A stretch of 64,000 nucleotides of DNA from Planctomycetota bacterium (GCA_023261505.1 JAHFOV010000003.1:3911-67910); one strand, 5' to 3'. Counted from the first letter of the stretch, positions 53,819 through 63,050 are shown. Notes: generated by a model from the letters alone, not told the origin. Program-made: numbers and translations.

Positions 53819-54430
53819 ATGATTAATCCGCTCACTATCTTTTTTCTTCAAGTCGCTTCCCTGGTTCCCTCCCTATGGGCACAGGCTGCTGAAGAAAATT
53901 CCAGACCTCACCAGTTGCTGGTACAAACGGAGGTTTCCAGGCAGGAGGAATTCCCCTTGAAAGTTAAGGGGACACTCCTGATAGAGGCCCAACCAGAAGT
54001 CGTGTGGAACATACTGACCGATTACGAACACCTAGAAGGGGTTTTCCCAGGACTGGTGAGAAGCCAAATCATTAGGAAAGAGGCAAATGAAGTAGTTGTG
54101 GAACAGGAATATCATGGACTTCTATTTTTCTCCAAAAACATGATATTTAGAAACAAAGAGACCCGTATCCAAAGGATAGATTTTAGGCGCGAGGGTGGAA
54201 AATCCAAGGTTGCAGGCAATTGGAGCTTGGAGCCGGCAGCAGGGGGCTCTACGCTGCTAAAAATTGAAGTAAGAGTGAGGCCAAGGCGGTTTTTATTTTG
54301 GTTGATAGAAGACATGCTCAGAAGACAGGTCCCCAGTGGACTTATAACCATTAGGGAAAAAAGCTTAAACAAGGTCAATAAAGATAGTACCGAAGACCCA
54401 GAGATAATCTATCTCGAAGAAGAACGATAG
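53819..54430 (+). CDS. Secreted SRPBCC (START/polyketide-cyclase-like) domain protein
   Basis: Signal peptide, then PEVVWNILTDYEHLEGVFPGLVRSQII. Confidence 0.6.
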   Translation: MINPLTIFFLQVASLVPSLWAQAAEENSRPHQLLVQTEVSRQEEFPLKVKGTLLIEAQPEVVWNILTDYEHLEGVFPGLVRSQIIRKEANEVVVEQEYHGLLFFSKNMIFRNKETRIQRIDFRREGGKSKVAGNWSLEPAAGGSTLLKIEVRVRPRRFLFWLIEDMLRRQVPSGLITIREKSLNKVNKDSTEDPEIIYLEEER

Positions 54431-54443
54431 GATAATCTTTCCC

Positions 54444-55676
54444 ATGAGGACTAGTAGGGGCGTTCAAATTGAACGCCCACACCTAGCAATACATACTTCT
54501 CCGCCTAAGTCATTTACGTTGTTAGAGATAATAACGGTCATAGCCATCATAGCTATCCTTGGAGGAGCGATTGTACCCCTGGCCTTTCAAGACCTGAACA
54601 ATAAGAAAATAAAAGCCACAGAAAATAAGCTTTTAGAATTTAAGAGTGCAATAATAGGTAACCCCTTCTTTGTTGATGGCGAAGTAAGAACCTCTTTTGG
54701 ATACTTGGGGGACATGGGGAATCTACCCGGCAGATTAGAAGATCTTTATATAAAAGGCACACAGCCAAGTTATACATATAACGCGGCGCTGAAAACGGGA
54801 GCTGGTTGGCGCGGGCCATATCTAGACCCTAAGATTCTTGAGGATCTGACCGCCGTAAAACTGGATGGTTACGGCAAGGAACTAGCATATACCACTACAG
54901 AATTCATTGATGCACAAATAGGGGCATCCGTAACGGGAGAAGTCATCAGCTTTGGCCCAGACCGTGAAATGGGTGGAATAGATGACCTTAGCGTGGAGGT
55001 CTTCCGCTCAGAGGTCTTTTCTACAGTCTCTGGTTACGTTAAAGATATGGAAGGGAAAAGGGTGCCAGGAATTACGGTAAGAATGAATTCCCCTATAAAT
55101 GGCCTCCTCGTACAGTCCATCGCTACAACCAACGACGCAGGTTTCTTTAGCTTTACCAACACCCCCTACGGAATCCGCAGCATCACTTTAGAACCGAGGC
55201 TGGTGTATGCCCCGGACAGTGCCAAGACTGCTGGAGATGCACAGGATAACCTTGAGTTTAAAATAACTAATCTTTATTCTCAGAATCTGAGTATAAACTC
55301 CATAATAGTAAACTTCAGTTTATTTCCAGAGGCCTATTTCAGCGAGTTGTGGATTGCCGGACAGCGGGTCTTTAACGCCTCCGCTCAGCGAGCAAGGAGT
55401 GGACAGCTTATAAACTATACTCCAGTTACCATCAGCGGCAGTGGAGCCACCCCTTCGGGGCAGAGCCATGTTATCCAGGTTCAATCCCCCCAGACACAGC
55501 TTGGTGATTTCAGCCTGGAAAACGTTGCTGCTGGAGGTACGGTAAGTTTAGAGATAAGAGGCTTCAAGGATCGTCCTACAAGCGGGGGTGATAACCCAGT
55601 AAATGTGAGTGGCACTACTTTTGAAATTTCCTTCAGCGATGGTTCAACAATCATTTTTACCCCTACCAGGCACTAG
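54444..55676 (+). CDS. Giant GspG-like pseudopilin paralog 1 (N-terminal pilin helix, GspG-like head, CarboxypepD_reg-like domain, unknown C-terminal domain)
   Basis: ..PPKS-FTLLEIITVIAIIAILGGAIVP, GWRGPYL, VSGYVKDMEGKRVPGITVRM...TTNDAGFFSFTNTPYG, and a C-terminal ..TFEISFSDGSTIIFTP. Confidence 0.75.
   Translation: MRTSRGVQIERPHLAIHTSPPKSFTLLEIITVIAIIAILGGAIVPLAFQDLNNKKIKATENKLLEFKSAIIGNPFFVDGEVRTSFGYLGDMGNLPGRLEDLYIKGTQPSYTYNAALKTGAGWRGPYLDPKILEDLTAVKLDGYGKELAYTTTEFIDAQIGASVTGEVISFGPDREMGGIDDLSVEVFRSEVFSTVSGYVKDMEGKRVPGITVRMNSPINGLLVQSIATTNDAGFFSFTNTPYGIRSITLEPRLVYAPDSAKTAGDAQDNLEFKITNLYSQNLSINSIIVNFSLFPEAYFSELWIAGQRVFNASAQRARSGQLINYTPVTISGSGATPSGQSHVIQVQSPQTQLGDFSLENVAAGGTVSLEIRGFKDRPTSGGDNPVNVSGTTFEISFSDGSTIIFTPTRH
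54458..54478. repeat. Perfect 21-nt palindrome GGGCGTTCAA-A-TTGAACGCCC
   Basis: Read directly from the sequence. It lies 28 nt after the SRPBCC stop, inside the nominal leader of pseudopilin 1. Confidence 0.7.
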
Positions 55677-55677
55677 G

Positions 55678-56835
55678 ATGAGACAAAGGGGCTTTACTCT
55701 TATAGATGTAATAATTATCCTGGCAGTGACAGGCATCCTGGCCAGCGGCATGGTCACCTTCGTTTTCCAGGCCGTAAATAAAGAGCGAGAAGATAAGACT
55801 ATTGAACACCTGAATCGTTTGAAGGTGGTGGTAACTGGCAAGCCCCTTAGCATGCGCCATGGAGAACAAACGTCTTTCGGTTACTTTGGTGATATGGGGG
55901 GTCTGCCTTCTCAATTGGCTGACTTATATGTCAGTGGCACGCAACCGATCTACACTTTCTTCCCCTCCCTTAAGGCAGGGGCTGGTTGGAATGGGCCTTA
56001 TCTTGACCCAGAAATAGTTGAATACATTACTAACCTAGATAAGGACTGTTTTGGTAGGGATCTCCAGTATTCTACTACCCCCTTTGTGGACGCTACTGTA
56101 GGGGAGACAGTGGAAGGCATGATTATCAGCCTGGGAAAGGATGGTAAGCCCGGTACAGGTGACGACCTTTCAGTAGAATTTTTTACCAACGAACTGTATT
56201 CCAGCGTCTCAGGCTTTATTAAGGACATAGACGGTAAAGGTATAGGTAGTGTTACTGTGACAATTAATTACCCCAGTAATGGCACCCTCACTAGCTTTAT
56301 AGCAATTACGGATGCAGATGGTTTCTATAGCTTTAACCGCGTTCCTTCCGGCAATCACAGTTTGAGCCTTACCCCTGGGCTTATTCTGGCCTCAGGCAGT
56401 GGCCGTACCCTGGAGAATGGGACTATAGTTGCCTTTTCTATAGTTAACACTTCAACCAATAGCGTTACTATAAGCGCCTTTCGTGCCATATATAACGTTA
56501 ACCCTCCTGCCTTCTACCAGAGGGTCAGTATAGGTGGGGCATCAGTCTTTAACAGGCCCAACCCAATGGTGGCCAGTGGTGAGACAATATCTTTCCCTCC
56601 AATAACTCTGCCAGGAGCTCCTGGCACTCTCGAAGCAGTTCCTATCCGTGTCCGGTCTCCTGTTACAGAGGTTCCAGATATTTTTCCGAACAATCTGGGT
56701 AGAGGCCAAACTATTGAAGTAAGGATCGAACATTTTAATAATACCCAAAACGGCTCAGGCGGCGATGCAAATATGCGTGGTATACCTTTTGAGATAACCT
56801 TCAGTGACGGTTCTATAGTTACTTTCACCCCGTGA
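55678..56835 (+). CDS. Giant GspG-like pseudopilin paralog 2
   Basis: MRQRG-FTLIDVIIILAVTGILASGMV, GWNGPYL, VSGFIKDIDGKGIGSVTV...TDADGFYSFNRVPSG, ..PFEITFSDGSIVTFTP. ATG 55678 lies 1 nt after the paralog-1 stop. Confidence 0.8.
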   Translation: MRQRGFTLIDVIIILAVTGILASGMVTFVFQAVNKEREDKTIEHLNRLKVVVTGKPLSMRHGEQTSFGYFGDMGGLPSQLADLYVSGTQPIYTFFPSLKAGAGWNGPYLDPEIVEYITNLDKDCFGRDLQYSTTPFVDATVGETVEGMIISLGKDGKPGTGDDLSVEFFTNELYSSVSGFIKDIDGKGIGSVTVTINYPSNGTLTSFIAITDADGFYSFNRVPSGNHSLSLTPGLILASGSGRTLENGTIVAFSIVNTSTNSVTISAFRAIYNVNPPAFYQRVSIGGASVFNRPNPMVASGETISFPPITLPGAPGTLEAVPIRVRSPVTEVPDIFPNNLGRGQTIEVRIEHFNNTQNGSGGDANMRGIPFEITFSDGSIVTFTP

Positions 56836-56983
56836 GGCTTTGAGGTATATGCATTCTGAAAAAAAGCTACATGTTAAAAAACATAGGACTAGACCCATCG
56901 GCCTGTACGATACGATCCAACTTAAACGAATTCAAAATTCTCTCACAGTGAATCTATCCGTCTCTGACGGAGGCGTCCTATCC

Positions 56984-58156
56984 TTGCACTCATATTCTAT
57001 TGGATTCACAATCCTGGAGATTATTATGGTACTAGCAATATTAGGTGTTCTAGCTGGTGCTATTACTCCTGTAGCTTTACACGTGACGCGGCAAAAGAAG
57101 GAGCTTGCTACCAGCGAAGAACTGCAGACCCTAAAAAAGGCAATAATAGGAAACACGCAATCCATTCAATTTGGTGCGGAGCCCACCTTTGGGTATATTA
57201 AAGATATTGGTAGTCTTCCACAAAACCTTCAAGACCTGTACATTCAGCCTACTGGAATACCCTCTTTTTCCTTTAACAGCACCTTGGGAATAGGTTCCGG
57301 CTGGAGGGGACCCTATGTAGCAAAAAAGGCCTATGCCAGCGTCACAGACTTTATTCAGGACCCATACGGAAGACCTTATGCCTATTCTACCGCTAGTGCT
57401 ATTAATACTACCCTGGGTGTAGAAGTGAGAGGCACCATAAAAAGTCTGGGCAGTGACGGCATCGACGATACCCAGGATGACCTCACTATAGAGATCTTTA
57501 AACCAGAGATCCTAGCCGATGTGGCAGGTAAGGTAAGGGATGTCAGTGGTATTGGTGTATCTACTGTTTACGTGACTATCTATTATCCCAGGGATGGTAC
57601 CCTTACCTCCTCCACTACCCAAACAGACCTGGAGGGGAGGTATCAATTCTCCAATATACCCATTGGAGAGAGGGCCATTACCCTTCAACCAGGACTCGTT
57701 TTTATCCCAGGAACGGCCTTTGCCAAAGGTACTACACAAACAGAGGTGGGGTTTTCTGTGGCCAACCTATCTACCAACGCTATTACCGTCTCCTCCATTA
57801 CCACTTATTATGATACCATGCCGCCCGCCTACTATCGTAGAGTAAGGATTAACGGAAGCATCCTCAGGGATGCCCTTCCAGGGATAGGTACCGGTGAGGT
57901 AGCGAGTTTTGCACCCTTGGTTGTTGTCCCAAGTACTTTACAGAGGGAAGCATTCCACTTCCTGCTCAGGTCTGCCAGTATGGAAATCCCCGATATGGAA
58001 CTAAACACCATAGGGGCTGGCGGCGTAATGACAGTAGAACTAGAAGACTTTACTACTGTCAGGACAGGGGGTTCTCCCGTGGATATGGCAGGGGTTCCTT
58101 TTACTGTAATCTTCAGTAATGGGTCAACAGTTTCATTTACCCCTCAGAGGCAGTAA
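56984..58156 (+). CDS. Giant GspG-like pseudopilin paralog 3
   Basis: TTG 56984 gives the leader MHSYSIG-FTILEIIMVLAILGVLAGAI and has GGAGG 10 nt upstream. ATG 56849 is the alternative and would add 45 aa. Also GWRGPYV, VAGKVRDVSGIGVSTVYV...TDLEGRYQFSNIPIG and ..PFTVIFSNGSTVSFTP. Confidence 0.75.
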   Translation: MHSYSIGFTILEIIMVLAILGVLAGAITPVALHVTRQKKELATSEELQTLKKAIIGNTQSIQFGAEPTFGYIKDIGSLPQNLQDLYIQPTGIPSFSFNSTLGIGSGWRGPYVAKKAYASVTDFIQDPYGRPYAYSTASAINTTLGVEVRGTIKSLGSDGIDDTQDDLTIEIFKPEILADVAGKVRDVSGIGVSTVYVTIYYPRDGTLTSSTTQTDLEGRYQFSNIPIGERAITLQPGLVFIPGTAFAKGTTQTEVGFSVANLSTNAITVSSITTYYDTMPPAYYRRVRINGSILRDALPGIGTGEVASFAPLVVVPSTLQREAFHFLLRSASMEIPDMELNTIGAGGVMTVELEDFTTVRTGGSPVDMAGVPFTVIFSNGSTVSFTPQRQ

Positions 58157-58160
58157 CAGT

Positions 58161-59408
58161 ATGCAACATACCGTAGACAGTAGGCAGGAAAAAAATTCCT
58201 ATATTCTTTCTACTATCTACTGTCTACTACCTACTTTCTACTGTCTACTTAATAAAGGGGGCTTCACTCTTCTTACAGTAATTATAATCCTCACCCTAAT
58301 GGGGGTAGCCGCCGGCATAGCCACTACCTTTATAGGTAAGATTCTAACCGAACGCCGCGAGCTGACTACTGAAGAGGAATTGATGGCCTTAAAGGAGGCA
58401 ATAATTGGTAATCCCAGTCATAAACAAGACAAGAATAATTTTGGGTACCTTGGTAACATGGGAAATCTTCCTGTCACACTGCAAGACCTTTATATGAGAG
58501 GTGACCAACCAGGGTACATCCTGGACCCTGTGGCCCGACTGGGGGCAGGATGGGCAGGTCCTTACATTACACCCCTCCTCAGGGAGGAGCTTTCCAGTCT
58601 TCTTACGGATGCCTTTGGTAACATTTACGAGTATACGACAACTGAATACATCCGTGCGGATGGAGAGATTGTCTCGGCAAGGATACTGAGCTACGGCGAT
58701 GACAAGAAGCCCGGAACGGAAGACGATAAAGAGGTAGAAATTCTACGTAGGGAGATTTATTCCACTGTGTCGGGGTTTGTTACGGATTCAGCAGGAACGC
58801 CCATAGGTGGGGCACCAGTTACTTTGTACTATCCTTATAGAGGCAGCGTCCATAGTCTTAGCATAACTACCAATGTTGAGGGTCTTTTCCAGTTTACAAA
58901 CGTCCCAAATGGTATCAGAACCGTTAAAGCCGCGGGGGGTGGCCTCAGGTATGTTGAAGGTTCGGCACTGGCCACGGGGGAAAATAAGGACAACCTAACC
59001 TTTAAGATAACCAATTGGGGAGAAGGTGCTGTAACTTTAAATTCGATAAGATTGGTGTTCACTCTTTCACCAGCCTATTACGAGGAAGTTTATGTAGGAA
59101 GTACCAGGGTATTCAATTATCTTGATTTCAATGGCCAGAGAGGAACGAGCAACAGATTAATAAACTTTTCTGATACTACAATTCCCGGGGGTGAAAGTGT
59201 AAACATCACAAGGGTTCCAATAAATTCTGATAATATTCTCTTACCCAATATTGTCTTATACCCAAGGGGGGGTACCTTGCTTATCAAGTATGTTAACTTC
59301 AAGAACGATGTCTCCGGGCCTTCCAGCCCTGTTTCTGTTTATGGCGCCAGCTTCACAGTAACCTTTAGCAACGGCTCTCAGTTCTCTTTTATCGCTCAGA
59401 CGCCGTAA
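58161..59408 (+). CDS. Giant GspG-like pseudopilin paralog 4
   Basis: ..LNKGG-FTLLTVIIILTLMGVAAGIA, GWAGPYI, VSGFVTDSAGTPIGGAPV...TNVEGLFQFTNVPNG, ..SFTVTFSNGSQFSFIA. The only canonical start is ATG 58161, which gives a 34-aa leader that includes the heptamer array. Confidence 0.75.
   Translation: MQHTVDSRQEKNSYILSTIYCLLPTFYCLLNKGGFTLLTVIIILTLMGVAAGIATTFIGKILTERRELTTEEELMALKEAIIGNPSHKQDKNNFGYLGNMGNLPVTLQDLYMRGDQPGYILDPVARLGAGWAGPYITPLLREELSSLLTDAFGNIYEYTTTEYIRADGEIVSARILSYGDDKKPGTEDDKEVEILRREIYSTVSGFVTDSAGTPIGGAPVTLYYPYRGSVHSLSITTNVEGLFQFTNVPNGIRTVKAAGGGLRYVEGSALATGENKDNLTFKITNWGEGAVTLNSIRLVFTLSPAYYEEVYVGSTRVFNYLDFNGQRGTSNRLINFSDTTIPGGESVNITRVPINSDNILLPNIVLYPRGGTLLIKYVNFKNDVSGPSSPVSVYGASFTVTFSNGSQFSFIAQTP
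58171..58252. repeat. Heptamer array (TACTNNC x6) with an upstream complementary arm
   Basis: ttctttc tactatc tactgtc tactacc tactttc tactgtc tacttaa. GTAGACAGTAG (58173-58183) is complementary to the two CTACTGTCTAC copies. Confidence 0.7.
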
Positions 59409-59411
59409 GAT

Positions 59412-60116
59412 TCAGGGGCGTATTGAAATAGGCCCTACCTCATTGAAGAAGGAAACCACCTCTTTAGCGATCTCTTTTTCACTGCCAATATAGAAATGGC
59501 TTACATTAGTTTTGACAGTTAGCCTTTTTGGCTCAGAAAATTTTTCAAAATTGCGTCGTACGTCCTCTACATTTGTAGCAAAATCACAGTCGGAACATAT
59601 AAAGAGCTTGGGTTTCTTACAATAAGAGAGACAATTTAAATTATATATCCCAACAGGGGTAGCTATCCCTGCAATGGCGATAACGCCGTCGTCATCGGCC
59701 CCCAGCCTCATCGCCATCACCGCTCCAAAAGAGTAACCCGCTAAAAACAATCTTAGGGTCTTTACGCTACTAGCAAAGGTTTTCAGAAAGGAAAGGGCAG
59801 ATCTGGTATCTTCTAGCGCTCCCTCCAGATTCCCCTCCCCGAAGGTGCTCTCCCAGTAGTGGAATCTCTCAGCCACATCCTTAAAGGAACCTTCACTTCC
59901 CCCAACCCCACGATAGTTAAACCTAAGGGTAACGTAGCCCCTCTCACTCAACTCCTGAGCCAGGGCGACAATGACGTTATTATTCATGTCACCGCCAAGA
60001 TTGGGATGCGGGGAACACAGCAGGACCATAGGAGGGGCTACTAAACTCTCCTCATAACTTAACACCCCTTCCAATTGCATTCTATCCGAACTAAAGTGAA
60101 CTATTTCATCTATCAT
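59412..60116 (-). CDS. Alpha/beta-fold hydrolase
   Basis: Nucleophile elbow LAGYSFGAV (GxSxG) and an HPNLGGDM oxyanion-region-like segment. 234 aa. Confidence 0.7.
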   Translation of the reverse strand: MIDEIVHFSSDRMQLEGVLSYEESLVAPPMVLLCSPHPNLGGDMNNNVIVALAQELSERGYVTLRFNYRGVGGSEGSFKDVAERFHYWESTFGEGNLEGALEDTRSALSFLKTFASSVKTLRLFLAGYSFGAVMAMRLGADDDGVIAIAGIATPVGIYNLNCLSYCKKPKLFICSDCDFATNVEDVRRNFEKFSEPKRLTVKTNVSHFYIGSEKEIAKEVVSFFNEVGPISIRP

Positions 60117-60174
60117 ATAAAATCCGTAGGGGCGTATCGCAATACGCTCCTATTCTATACAATTACTGTCTAAC

Positions 60175-61425
60175 TTAGGGTGGGCCCATTTCAAGATGGA
60201 CGTTTTTTTCTCCCACATACTTAGAATCCTTTTCAAGTAAAGATAGTATCCTCCGGGCGTAAGAAAAGTTATGAAGCCCATATTGCTCCAAATAATCTAA
60301 CAGTCCAGGGCTAGAAGCAGTTTCCTCTTCGCAGGTTCTTTCATTGACATTTACCCCTCTGTCCCTCCACATATAGGTCTGTGCAGGGGAAGCTAAGGTC
60401 TTTCTCAACCTGTCTAGGCAGGATAATATCGTGCCTCTTTGCGCAACAAGAAGTTCTGCATAATGTTTGTTATGACAGCGGGCACACTCCTCACCTACTT
60501 CCGAAAACCCCTTCCCTCCCTCTATGGTTTTATGGCAATCCTCACACTTCAGCACCCTTGACATCTTATCTGGAATGGGTGTGGTACCATTTAGAGGCAG
60601 CTTACCGCTAAAGAACTCGTAAACTGTCTGATGGCACTTATGACAATCTGCCTTTTCCTTGTGATGACACTGACTGCAGTTGACTTGATATTCCGCCACA
60701 CCTTTGGCCCTATCTTTCCTTGGAGGATGGCATTCCTGACAAGAGAGTTCAACCTCGGGATGTTGATAATGTAAAAATTCTGTGGTCCAGCCCAGATGAT
60801 TTATCTCGGCTGGCCTTGGGTAATAAGCCCTTTTTAATGACTCCTCATGGCATCCCTGGCAAGTTATGTGTGGCCTTGCGTGGTGGCATTTATCACAATT
60901 TACACCCTCTTTCATGCTGGCTCTGGCATTGGGCTGATGACATTCCCTGCAATCAATGTCACTATCTACACTAAAACCGTGAACGAAGGGTTCTCTCTTA
61001 TATTCCATAGGTTTTACATCAATATCTTTGTGACAGCGGGCACAACTCATGCCTCTGTTATCCACATGGTGGCAGCTAAGACAATCTTTTTTGTTAATAA
61101 TGAGCCTCCCATGGCCTTCTGTGTTAACTTCCTTATCTTCATGGCAGTCAACACAATGAAGTCCGATAACGGAAGGCTCGACTACAGGATTTTCTGCCTT
61201 GGGTCCGCCTGAAGCGGATCTCAAATCCAGGGTCACTGAATGGGTGTCATGCCGAAATACCTCCCCTTCAAAGTCGTTCTTATAAGAGAGGCTGTTGACG
61301 TGGCATCGGTCTGTGCAGTATGCGTCTCTCAAGTCAAGAAATAGAAAATCCAAGTCCGATCCCGTCACAGAGGAGTTCAAAGAAAATATAACAGCCAATA
61401 AAATAAGGACTATCCTTCTAGGCAT
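60175..61425 (-). CDS. Periplasmic multihaem cytochrome c (11 CxxCH plus one CxxxCH)
   Basis: Signal peptide, then the motifs CVDCH, CLSCH, CARCH, CRECH, CDKCH, CQGCH, CQECH, CSQCH, CHKCH, CEDCH and CARCH, plus CTDRCH. Confidence 0.9.
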   Translation of the reverse strand: MPRRIVLILLAVIFSLNSSVTGSDLDFLFLDLRDAYCTDRCHVNSLSYKNDFEGEVFRHDTHSVTLDLRSASGGPKAENPVVEPSVIGLHCVDCHEDKEVNTEGHGRLIINKKDCLSCHHVDNRGMSCARCHKDIDVKPMEYKREPFVHGFSVDSDIDCRECHQPNARASMKEGVNCDKCHHARPHITCQGCHEESLKRAYYPRPAEINHLGWTTEFLHYQHPEVELSCQECHPPRKDRAKGVAEYQVNCSQCHHKEKADCHKCHQTVYEFFSGKLPLNGTTPIPDKMSRVLKCEDCHKTIEGGKGFSEVGEECARCHNKHYAELLVAQRGTILSCLDRLRKTLASPAQTYMWRDRGVNVNERTCEEETASSPGLLDYLEQYGLHNFSYARRILSLLEKDSKYVGEKNVHLEMGPP

Positions 61426-61427
61426 CT

Positions 61428-62813
61428 TCAGCTATCCAGTGCCTCTTTAAGCTGGCGAATACTTAATTCAAGGAGCGCCTTGGTGTATTTAATATTATGG
61501 ACTCCAAAACTCCCGTCAGAGACAATAAACCCATAATTATGTTTGGCTTCCATTGCCTCCACCGTCTCATCCCTACCCATTTCTTGGGCAGTCTCCAGGA
61601 GTACCTTGAGGACATCCATCTGATCGGTAATAACGTCCCTCTGTTCTTTATAAATCTTTTCAAAACCCTTCTCATGACAGTTGTTGCACACTTTGGGAGC
61701 TACTGCATTTCTACCTACGGAGGGTTTATGACAAGCTGTACAGCTCACCGTGCCCAGAAACATGGGGTCTGGACTGCCTTTGATACCCTTACCGCCTTCC
61801 CCTTTCATCATTTGCCTCTGAGTGAATCCTGTAATCGGGCGTTGGGCTACCGGTTCGTCTGATTGAAGTTCATCTAAGTCATATTCCCAAACTTTTGAAA
61901 GGAAGTTTTTACATGACTCGCAGTCCTCCAATTCCCTATCATCCTTATAGATTTTGTGGGTTATCTCGTTGTGGCAGGGGTTGCAGCTTACCTTGTGCCT
62001 GGCCGTGTGGTCATGATGCATATCTACAGCTGAGTTGTAGTCTTCGGGGACGCTATCATGACAATAGTAACACTGCTTCCTTTCCACTTTTCCTACTCCA
62101 TGAACTGTCTCATTATTATGACAGTCCATGCACTCCAGCCGGCCCCTTCCTTCGGCTGTACTTTCCATACGCTCAGGATTTTGACTCAGGACCAGCTTCT
62201 CGTAGAAAGTGTGGTCAAATTCCTTATCGTATATCTGAACCTCTTTCTCAACATTTTTGTGACACAATATGCACTGGCTGAGTCTTTGTTCCCCTCCATC
62301 TACCGGTTTTGTATTCTCTTTTCTGGGAATAAAGTGGCAGAGGTTACAGGCCTTTTCATCTATATCAAAATGTTTATCTCCTCCTTGGTAGGAATGGCAG
62401 GCAGTGCAACGCATCTTCAGGCCAGGTGGGTCTTCCTTCAGGTGTGTCTCGTGGCTAAAAGGAAGCGTCTTTTTGTAGGGTTCCTTTTTTGCGAAGAGTT
62501 TTTCCCGGGTGTGGCATCCTCCATTCATACAATTGGAGTCTTCTATTTCCCTGGATAAACAAATGCCTCCTTTCGTGCCTGTATGGCACTCTACACAACT
62601 TACCTCTTTGCAAGCTGTTCTGGCCCACCTATCGTAGGCTGGCCGCATGCTATGGCAACTGGCACAGTATTTGGGCCTCTGAGGATAATAAGCAATAGTG
62701 GCCCCTATAGCGCCCCCGGCCCCAAGAAAGGCCAGTATTACCAGGGCCAGGAGTTTAAGGCTTAAACCCCCTTCCTGCCTACTATGGAAAAGATTAAAGA
62801 TAACTTTCACCAT
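61428..62813 (-). CDS. Membrane-anchored multihaem cytochrome c with a NapC/NirT/NrfH-like N-terminus (10 CxxCH plus one Cx4CH)
   Basis: N-terminal TM LLALVILAFLGAGGAIGATIAYY is followed by CASCH..CVECH. Further motifs are CTACH, CNLCH, CILCH, CMDCH, CYYCH, CNPCH, CTACH and CNNCH, plus CMNGGCH. Confidence 0.88.
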   Translation of the reverse strand: MVKVIFNLFHSRQEGGLSLKLLALVILAFLGAGGAIGATIAYYPQRPKYCASCHSMRPAYDRWARTACKEVSCVECHTGTKGGICLSREIEDSNCMNGGCHTREKLFAKKEPYKKTLPFSHETHLKEDPPGLKMRCTACHSYQGGDKHFDIDEKACNLCHFIPRKENTKPVDGGEQRLSQCILCHKNVEKEVQIYDKEFDHTFYEKLVLSQNPERMESTAEGRGRLECMDCHNNETVHGVGKVERKQCYYCHDSVPEDYNSAVDMHHDHTARHKVSCNPCHNEITHKIYKDDRELEDCESCKNFLSKVWEYDLDELQSDEPVAQRPITGFTQRQMMKGEGGKGIKGSPDPMFLGTVSCTACHKPSVGRNAVAPKVCNNCHEKGFEKIYKEQRDVITDQMDVLKVLLETAQEMGRDETVEAMEAKHNYGFIVSDGSFGVHNIKYTKALLELSIRQLKEALDS

Positions 62814-63050
62814 GGGGCTGTGCGAAAACTAACAGGTAATTTAGTCCGATATAATTTGTTTAAATAAGACAGCTTTCTTTTTTCATTGGTTAGCTAGAAT
62901 GGACAAGTCATCTAATTTGCCCCTCTCCTTCGATGGGACGGGGAAGGGAAAGGGTTGGCATCGCCGCTTCTAACCGTTTGGCTGAACCAAAAGCCTTCTA
63001 CCATCAAGGAGGAGGGAATTTGGGTTGTCTTAACTTTTCATGAGATCTTA

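Noticed and set aside
55609-55677. 69-nt overlap between pseudopilin 1 and the ORF-track start of pseudopilin 2, as possible programmed frameshift or fusion
   Set aside because: ATG 55678, 1 nt after the upstream stop, gives the textbook short leader MRQRG-FTL. The upstream extension is just an open frame without a pilin-like function.
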